64,000 nt of DNA, taken from contig OZ234493.1 of the NCBI GenBank assembly GCA_965153455.1, positions 9,414,213-9,478,212 of the forward strand, in the 5' to 3' direction. This DNA is from Sphagnum compactum. Its lineage: Eukaryota. Below the pieces are notes generated by a model. It made no database searches, was not told the DNA's origin, and worked only from the letters and a program-made list of their open reading frames with translations. Positions 54,701 to 64,000 of this stretch are shown here, piece after piece; the first letter of the stretch is position 1; each line of letters starts with the position of its first letter. The position numbers were made by a program, and so were the translations under genes.

Positions 54701-56279
54701 CAAAGTGCAAATATACTATAAGAATTATTCAAATAATTGAGAAACTTGATGAAGTATTTAGTTATATATTGAATATGAATTCAATGTACCATTTCAAGTA
54801 CAATTGAAAAGTTTGATTCATGTGAGTTCACAAAAAACATTTGGACAAGTTTTTCATTCAAATGAACATAAGTGTGTGGAAAAGAAACGTTTTGTTAAAA
54901 AATTACTTTCATTTGAAAGATGACAAGAATTATGTTGGAAGCCTTTGTATCAAAATTCATTTTATATGTTTATTAAAATGTTAGATGAATTTTAAAAAAA
55001 CTGCCCCCAAAATAATACAAATTCTAAGAAAATAGTACATTTGTTTGCCTAAAACAACCCCCTTGTAGTGTGCTTTCACCCTTACAAAAAATATTTTATT
55101 TTTTGACCTGCGATGTTAAACACCACTTATGAAGTTTGCAAATGTTATTACAATGCCCTACATGGTCATGCGCATGCATGTTTTGCATGATGGAAAAACA
55201 CGTATTACAAGCTTAAAAATTAAGTTTTATTTATTTTTGGCATGTTTCATTCCTTACAAGTAGTTTTGAACCTAGGATCACTTATTTCAAGGACCATACA
55301 TCAAACTAGTGGTTTAACCCCATCTTATTTTCATTGGAATTGTCCTCGTTTAACTTTAAGTTTTCTTTTTCCAACATTGGTCTAACCTTATAACAAAACC
55401 ATGCAGGTGCATCACTAACACCCACAAATTTCATGGTAATGTTTAAATAACCTAAAATATTCCCATTACAAGGGTCTAAAGGCCAAGGTCTCTTAGATAT
55501 TCCACACAATGGTTTGTGACGAATAATAATAGCCCTTAGTTATTCTATACCTTCTCCCTAGGGGGGCAGTGCCCAACAAACAATTGGCAAAAACTCTTGA
55601 AATGAGTCAACTTCCTTGGGGCCAGAATGAACTTGCACCCACTAATGCACTAGTTGACAAAAATCAATTATGGGTTTTATAGGGATGAAAATCAACTAAA
55701 CATTGGTTGGGTTTTGGGTGAATTTAGAAAATTAAAATTAAAATCCCCTCTTTATTTTTCCCTCCTTTGTTTTCCCTTTTTTTCCCCTTCTTCCTATTTA
55801 CTAACCTTACCTACTTTTATTTTCTCCATTTTCCATGTTTAGGATGAACTTCAATCTCTTGCTCAAAAGATATCCATCCATATCCTTTATAAGGAATATA
55901 TGATTTTCAAGAAGCAAAGAGTCTTAGATGATTGGATTGGAACTTCCTTGGGACCCCCCAATTCTCACGAGTGAGTGAATGGAGTGTTGGATTTCTATTA
56001 GATCTCACTGGACTTGTCACCCCATCCAACCTCTTTGAAAAAATTAAAAAAAAAGTTTCAAAATCCTAGTTGAAATAGTATGCCATGCTAGGTATCCCTA
56101 GATTTCATGGGGGAAAAACCTTATATGCAAGGTTAGGATGAACGTGTAAGGAAGGCCTAGTACCCATGTGAAAAACAACATTCCTAATGGATTCAAGTGA
56201 TCTATGTTGGACAAAACCTCCCCACCCTCCCACATGAGAATCTGCCTTTGATTTGCCCAAGTTACCATGCTTCTTGGTG

Positions 56280-56736
56280 AGTGTGCAACATCAAATTCGA
56301 AAGAGCAAAATGAACATGAGTTAAACATGAAGAAAGCAAAGCATATGCCACCGACCAACGTCATTGCCAATGTCAATTCAAGAGTTGCACAAATGCAAAA
56401 TGAACATGAGTTGAACAAGTGTGCAACATCAAATTCGAAAGAGCAAAATGAACATGAGTTGAACATGAAGAAAGCAAAGCATATGCCACCGACCAACGTC
56501 ATTGCCAACGTCAATTCAAGAGTTGCACAAATGCAAAATAAACATGAGTTGAACACGAAGCATTGCACAAACACAAAATGAACATGAGTTGAACACGAAG
56601 CATTGGCAACGTCATTGCCAATGTCAATTTGAGTGAGTTCGAAAAAGTGCAAATGAACATGAGCTCAACACCAAGTGTGGACAACGTCATTGCCAATGTC
56701 AATAATCGAGAGTTCAAAAAAGTGCAAATGAACATG
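56280..56736. repeat. 138-bp tandem duplication followed by modular sub-repeats
   Basis: Copies start at 56280 and 56418. The modules AAATGAACATGAGTTGAAC and CAACGTCATTGCCAATGTCAAT recur to about 56736. Confidence 0.9.
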
Positions 56737-59700
56737 TGAATTCTTAGGGGGAATGCATCTAGTTGAAGTATGGTTTCCTGAAGTTCTGGATTTTGCTGGC
56801 GGCTGATTTTATGCTCTGCTCCCCGTATGCCTAAAATTTCAAGTCACTAGACTTTTAATGTGTACGCCAACGACAAGTTTAGAAACATAGGGGGGAGGGG
56901 GAGCGCAACATAGAATCTGCAGAATTCTTCTTACCTCACGGAATCCACCCCGGGTGGCCTGCTCTCTAGTAGGAAATTCTGGTTCATGTTGGGGACAAGG
57001 TTTCTCTTCTCAATTGTGTCAAGTAGGTTGACCGGCAAATCAACCACAAGAGAAATGAGCCAATTCTGGCTAGAGGTCAGGCTCAAAATAATAATAATAA
57101 AATAAATATTCAAAATTGTGCTTTGTTCTGGCAACCTCCATGAACTCGGCCTCTATTTGTGGCTATTTCTGATTGGTTTTTTCTCAAAACCTGGCAACTT
57201 TTGCAACCCACAAATAAATAATTCAAAGACCCTTTACATAGTTGTCACGTAATATTCTTTTGGGTCCCCCAAAAAAAAAAAAAACATAGGTCGGTATTGG
57301 TCCAAAAACAAAAAACAAAACATTGGTTGGGAAAGGGCAGGTCGTATTAGGGGTTATGTTGTTCTTGAGTGAAGGCGGTAGTAGCCTTGCCTTTGCTCCT
57401 ATGCTTGTAAATAACTTAAAGTGCTCCTAGTCAATTTGTTCCGTGAAAATGATTTCAGGCCTTAAATTTCAGGAAGAATAGAGTTATCCGCTAAGACTCG
57501 CGATTAGGGGGCGAGAACAACGGCCAGTTTTGACATAATAGGGCATCAAATGCATAACTGGTAATGAAATTTTTTCCAAAGCTAAATAACTGCGACCTAA
57601 ACTAGTTTTTCCACCAAAATACGAATTTCGGTGGTAAACTGCGTTTCATCTTGAATTTCCCTTTTTTCCTGAGCGCAGCGCCTCCACTGTTGTTCCAGAT
57701 ATTTTCACTGCTCCTACCCGTACAATACTATAATTAGACCCGAATCTTGTGCACTAAAATGCTGAGTTTCAGCATTTCATGCTGAGATTTAATAAAATTT
57801 CCTTACTTTGTGGATACCACTGAAAAGGCGATAGGGGTGAAAAGTAGGCACAAAGACAAGGTGACTGTACAGTTAACTCTAATGCCTCCTTTTTCTTCCA
57901 AGAGTCACCTTTCACACAAACTTTTCTTTCAGATGCAAGAATTACACATTTTGTCTGTATCATCAAGACAATTCAGATGACGTTCTAAGACATGCAAGAT
58001 GATGTTCTCGGATATTGTTGACACCCTAGTACCTGGACTGGTTGGGCACTAATTAATTATTTTTGGAATTGTCAAATTTTTAAAAATATATATTTATGTA
58101 GCATGCCAAAAAATCTGAAAGAAACCCTCAAGCACACACGAGCTTCATTATTTAGGATAGTTTCTAATTGTAAATTATTATTATTTTCACTACCGAAAGT
58201 AAATAACCCCAAAAGACCCAAAAAAAAATTTATTAAAGGACTTGCTACGGAACTAGCCCATGTACTACAACATTGAAACAAGATAGTTCTACAACCTATG
58301 TGAAGGTTGTATCTTGATGGTCCTCAACTAGTTCGAAGAGGGTTTGAGGAAGAGTACGGAATTCCATTGGGGGGTGTTATAGTTATAGTTGTAAGCTACC
58401 TACTATGTAATCGGTTTGTGTGTTCTCTTTAGGCACTTTTTTCAAGCTTTTTCCTTTGGATTAGAAGAACCGCATATCACATAAGAGAATGGTGGCTCCC
58501 CACATCCGGCTAGCAAGTATTTTAACCCCAGTTTATTACCCCTTTCCAGCATGCTAAGTTTGAGGCCCACTTTAGTAGACTAGGAGTCAAGGGCCAAGGT
58601 TGAACTCAAAATTGAGCAATCCTATTGGTGCAATCACTGAAAAAGGATTTTATATTAGGCGGCTTTACACTAGGAGTCAAGGCTGAAAAACAAAAAACAA
58701 TTTTGTTAATACCACTTTATGGCCCTGACTTGACCTCAAGGCCAAAAAAAACCTATCAACTTGAGAGGTCAATTTGTTATTGCAATAAAATATTATTGTT
58801 TTGATGAAATTCACAACATAGGATCAAAGCAAACCCTTATACATTTTTTTCCTTCATATCATTTCACCTCTTCATATTCATCTCTCATCATTTTTCTCTC
58901 TTTTTGTTGAGCTTTTATGCTTGTTTCTAAATGATGAAAGGTGAAACTTTCACTTGAAATATGGAAGATGTTGGAGTTTTGCACAAAATGGGCATGTCAA
59001 ATGTAGGTTCTTATCCAAGTGGTCTTTCTTCTTCAACATTTGGTTTGGATATTCGATCTTGTGTCTATCCTCATCCATGTGGTGGTATGAATCTTATGGT
59101 TTAACTTGAGAAAGGATGCAAAGATGAAAAATAAAAATGATACCAAAAAAGGAAAAAAATGAAAGCATATATGAGAGGTTAAAGACAAGCCTTGTCTTTA
59201 TATTTTGGGTTAATGGTTTTTACACATGAACTCATTGCCCTCAAACAAATAATATTTTATTAATAACTTGAGGCCAAACAACAAGCCAAAAAATGCTCAA
59301 ATTAAGTTCTCATTATTGGCCCCAAGATTTTTTGGGCTCAACTCTTTGTCTATAAAGCAAGCTTGAGATAAAGCCCCAAGGCAAAGACATTTCAAAAGAT
59401 AAAGGGATTGGGACAAGGTGTTATTGGGAACGTTTTGGGAGAACTTGAGAATGTCATGGGAACACATAGGGAACATGATGGGAACTAGGAAAGAGATGTC
59501 ACAAGGGCAAGGGTCATTCCATGGCATTAACATCAGGGGTGACAAATTCAACGATTTATAAAACAAAATTTTATGTTTGAAACGGACACATTTTGGTCAC
59601 TATTACAAGTGCACGATCATCAATGGAAGATTACGTCCCATAATGTGGTCAAGGAAAATGACATAAATCCGTCACCTCGAACTTTAATAGTACTACCGAA

Positions 59701-59901
59701 TAGCCAAAACGTGCCCATTATGTTGGGTAAGGCGCCAAGTGAGCCCATTACATTAGGGCGAACTAGGCAATACACTAAACATGAAGAAAACTATGATGTT
59801 CAACAACAAACACATTTTGGTCACTATTATTACAAGTGCATGATCATCACTGGAAGATTAAAGGACATAATCTACCCCCCCAGACGGAAGTGAAGTCATG
59901 A

Positions 59902-59949
59902 ACACACACATACATACATACATACATACATACATACACACACACACAT
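59902..59949. repeat. Compound (CA)n/(CATA)n microsatellite
   Basis: Direct read. Confidence 0.95.
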
Positions 59950-60019
59950 ATCAGTCTCATCAGTTTGGTCTCAATAACAACCCAAATGGTATTGGCTGGG
60001 ATCTAAGTTAGGCCCACTT

Positions 60020-60450
60020 TACACAAGGAGTCAAGGCCAATGTTGAACTCAAATCAAGCATTCCTATTGGTGCAAAAGTTGAAATCAGCACCCAAGGCCT
60101 TTACTACACTAGGAGTCAAGGCCAATGTTGAACTCAAATCAAGCATTCCTATTGGTGCGAAAGTTTGAAATCAACCCTCAAGGGCTTTACTAATGTTGAA
60201 CTCAAATCAAGCATTCCTATTGGTGCAAAAGTTTGAAATCAACCCCCAAGGGCTTTACTACACTAAGAGTCAAGGCCAATGTTGAACTCAAATCAAGCAT
60301 TCCTATTGGTGCAAAAGTTTGAAATCAACCCTCCAAGGGCTTTACTACACTAGGAGTTAAGGCCAATGTTGAACTCAAATTAAGGCATTCTTATTGGTCC
60401 AAAAGTTGAAATCAGCTCCCAAGGGCTTTACTACACTAGGAGTCAAGGCT
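60020..60450. repeat. Minisatellite, ~86-bp unit x5 within a dispersed repeat
   Basis: TACACTAGGAGTCAAGGCCAATGTTGAACTCAAATCAAGCATTCCTATTGGTGCAAAAGTTTGAAATCAAC...AAGGGCTTTAC at about 60020, 60105, 60191 (5'-truncated), 60259 and 60346. A single-unit relative lies at 58564-58690. Confidence 0.92.
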
Positions 60451-62660
60451 GAAATAGAATTTTTTTTTTTCAATCTGCCCCAAATTACTAATAAATGCTG
60501 AACTTTAGGGTCGGTCCATTACGGGCCTAAAACATGCATAATAACATGGACACTAAGTATGTCTGGGCAGCGTCAATTATATGTCTGGGTACCACCGGGC
60601 ACGTATTGGTCAGGCAAATGGGCAGCATTGGGCCACCGGTGTTCTTTTTTTCCCTAGAGAAATTTGATTATTTTTCAACAAAGAAATTGGGAAATTTTTG
60701 TTTTCCTAATGTACATTCGACTACATCTGCTAAATTTTTTAGGTCAAATTTTGCCAAATTTTTTATATGAAAAAAATGAAAAAAGAAAAAACATTGTTGG
60801 CCCATCATGTTATATATAAAAATATATATACATATATAACATGGACAATTTCAAAAACCGAAATGCTCACCTTTGTTAATGCCCAATTTATGGCATATAA
60901 AACCTTGTTAGGTAGTTATGATTAGATGTCTAATTAAGTTTAATCTAGCTTAGTTATAGGCTTATCTAATTTAATGTGTAGTTTAGTGAATTTCAATATG
61001 AATAGATTCACACTAATTTGTGGACTGGGTATAAAACTCAAGTTTTGTGATCTCAAATCTTTCTTTGGAGATTCAAAATGAAGGTGATTCAAAATGCAAG
61101 AATCCAAGCCTCAAAAGCATAGCAAGAAAACAACAACACAAAACTTGCCCAAAAAAAAAAAAAAAAAAACCTTACATAAACACAAAAAAATTTGCAATGC
61201 AAAAAAACTTTGGGTATGATGTATTATTTAAAATTCTAGTTATTATGTGTTGTATGTGTGATGAGAATGATAATTTGTAAATATTGACGTGGTGGTAACG
61301 CACGACAATACTTTCCATGTAAATTGTCACAAAGTGTGAAAGGTCATGTGATGGCCTAAGGACGAATGTTTTTTTTGACGTGCCTCAAAGTTTCAAAATA
61401 ATCCTTAAAACCAAAAAAAATGGTTGTCATGATTTCCGGAGGCCCTTTAGCACTAAGGAATAATGAAACGGGACTATGGAAGTAGCCTTTTGCAATACTT
61501 ATAGTTGAACCTAGACTTGTGAATAATTTTTTTTTTCAAAATAGGGTAGATTTTTGAAATAAGAAAGTCACTTCTTTTGTAAAAAGTTAACAAGTAAGCT
61601 AAATTTTGTAAATAAATAATTCAATTTAATTTAATTTTAAAATAAAGTTCAATACCTATACATTGAATTGAACCCGATTTTCAAACTGGGCCCAAAGATT
61701 CTTGAATTCCAAAAAGTAGTGCAAGAATTTAAAAAATGAAAGAATTGAGCTTAAACCTGAACCCAAATAATCCATAAATTTTTTTTCTACGTGTCAACGT
61801 TGAGTCTTCAGGTTCTTTGAAAAAGGGAAAATTGGACAACAATGGTCCATACCGAGGGATTGGTTAGATTTTCAAGTTGTCCTCAATGGGAGAATCGGCT
61901 CTCCACTCGATATTTCCTAATATGCCAAAACTAAACGAAGATGGAATGAGAAGGAAGAATGAAAAAAAATACCCACCCAAAATTGTTACGAATATTGTGA
62001 ATTGATACTTAGTGCCATGAAAGAGTACTCAATTTCACTTATTTTCTAGTTATACACTTACATTATGGATAGGGAAAGGCATTGTTATCAATGCCTTCCT
62101 TCCCCTTGCATAATGGTCAAGTGCCCAAACGCACTTACACAAACTTTCCTTACACAATAATAACAACATCCTCAATTAGCTTACAGAAAATTTCTTGGTT
62201 TTTGATGGAAAAATCTCTTGCTCGAAGATGGCTAAAGAATTGCACCTTGTAAGATCTCTTAAAATATACACTATGCTCATCCACCGAAATCATAATGAAT
62301 AAAACAAGGGTAATGTTTAGAGAAACTTTGCTTAAGTTTTGTTTAAGGGGGTGGTTTAAGCACCGCAAAACATTCAATGAAAACCAAACTTGAAGTACTA
62401 CCAAGTTCAATAAATTGTGCACAAATGGTTGTGTGGAAAGATGTGGAGCCCTAGTGGAATCTTAATCAATTTAATAGTCCTCAATATTCAACACACATTT
62501 GCGTATACATCCAAAAAACTAAATATATATTTTACAAATTAAGTTGTACAGCCTGGATAAGATATAGGCCATTCTTGAAGCAAGAATAATTCTGGGATGT
62601 GATCATCATTATTCTATGGAAGACCAAGTTTTAGTAATGGAGTGCAAATGGAAAAAAAAG

Positions 62661-62692
<32 letters not shown>

Positions 62693-63656
62693 CCCAATTG
62701 GAGATCCCCATCAAAACCCAAATAAAATCAGGGGAAAAGAGAAAAAGATGATAATGGGTGGCGAGAAGAAGAAAAAGATGATAATGGGTGGAACTCATAT
62801 TGCTCTCTAAAAGTGGGATTTGATATGATTTGAGCATTTCTCACAACAACACTTTGTTTTTTGGTTGACATTGTGGTCCCCAGAGGACAAAACCCATGAT
62901 TCTCTCGCATCATGATTCAACAGCAAGTAAGTAGTAAGTTGCCTACTTGTTCACTTCAAGTTTGTGCTTGTATTACTGTTCAGCAGAGTTTTTTATACAT
63001 TTATAACAGAAATTAATATAAAAAAAGGGAACCCATTTTGAGGAGTGCAGGAATATTACTATGCAATTTTGTAGATTGTTTTGCATGGTGAGCAAGCATT
63101 TGCAGGAACATGAAGGTTTTTGTTTTTTTCGCATTTGAACATCCAAAACAAAAAAAGCACCCTTACGTGTACCAGTATATAAGTTGAAGTTTAGTCCACA
63201 CAGTTTTGAAGATCAATCGGGAAGTAGTGCAGTACTTTCCTTCCTCTTGTTGTTTGGCAGAAATTCCTTTGTCTATGGTCAATCACAATTTTGCAACTAC
63301 AAGTTTGGAACATGCACACTAGTGTGCAAAGATCTCTTTGAACCATCATGGTATGTATGATGCACTTTGCAAGCCACCAATTCTGCAAAGACCCGCTCTA
63401 ATCCCAATTTCATGTTTTTTTGAGAACCAGAATTTCAGTACTGATTTGAGCACCGTCAGCTTTTGATTTTTGTTAATGAAAATCAGTCTCTTTCTTTTTC
63501 TTTTTTCTTTTTCACTGCACTTTCCTCATTTGTTGTTGGTCTAAAGTTTGATAACCCATCATGATCCCAAGTCTTTAGTATTGCAACCACAGTGTCTGTC
63601 GGTCTGCTTATTATGTCAAGGATCAATCTAATGACAAAATTGATTTGTGGGTTTGA

Positions 63657-63831
63657 ATGGATTCTATGAACCAGAAGAATTCATTGAAGGAAGAGAACAA
63701 GCAGGAGGAGCGAATTGATGTGGGAGGACATCAAGTCTCAGAGTTTGTGCAAGATGACTCCGTGGATTTCAAAGGCAGGCCATCTGTCAAGGCCACCTCA
63801 GGCCGTTGGAGAGCAGCTTACTTCATCATGG
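63657..63831 (+). CDS. NRT1/PTR family (NPF) transporter, first coding exon; gene continues beyond window
   Basis: MDSMNQ...QDDSVDFKGRPSVKATSGRWRAAYFIM then G|GTAGGT phase-1 donor. It matches the NPF N-terminal D.SVD..G.P.....TG.W.A..FI.G motif that precedes ExxER. Confidence 0.88.
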
Positions 63832-64000
63832 GTAGGTACTAATGGGTGCCATTCAAACTTGATTCAAATCGTTTGCAAGTTGGTACACATGTGTTTTTGT
63901 TATCGTACAAAGTTCGATCAACTTATTATTATTATCATGGGTTCAATTAATTGTCATGGATTACAGCCATAAGGTGAACCTACTAGGGTATTATTGTTTG

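Noticed and set aside
56931-57134. Minus-strand ORF ending at a GAG|GTAAG donor-like site
   Set aside because: No recognisable protein motif or partner exons.
60020-60450. CRISPR-like regular array
   Set aside because: Units are contiguous with no unique spacers, there are no cas genes and the context is eukaryotic. The same applies to 9176-9765.

Overview
AT-rich, intron-containing land-plant nuclear DNA. The repeat landscape looks bryophyte-like, possibly Sphagnum; this is an inference from remembered repeat families. Two genes appear intact as far as the window shows: a 12-exon minus-strand fumarylacetoacetase (FAH) whose 3' end runs off the left edge, and the first coding exon of an NPF/PTR transporter at the right edge. 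The ~59 kb between them is mostly decayed transposons: a two-gene PIF/Harbinger element, non-autonomous Helitrons, hAT/CACTA/Tourist-like MITEs, Gypsy and Copia RNase H scraps, a Penelope-like reverse transcriptase fossil and several minisatellites. The most unusual structure is an intron-retaining casein kinase 1 pseudogene whose C-terminal exons lie upstream of its kinase-domain exons (permuted order), next to a cluster of perfect palindromes that resembles a templated-repair scar. No CRISPR, rRNA or convincing tRNA was seen, and most ORFs in the supplied track are spurious.
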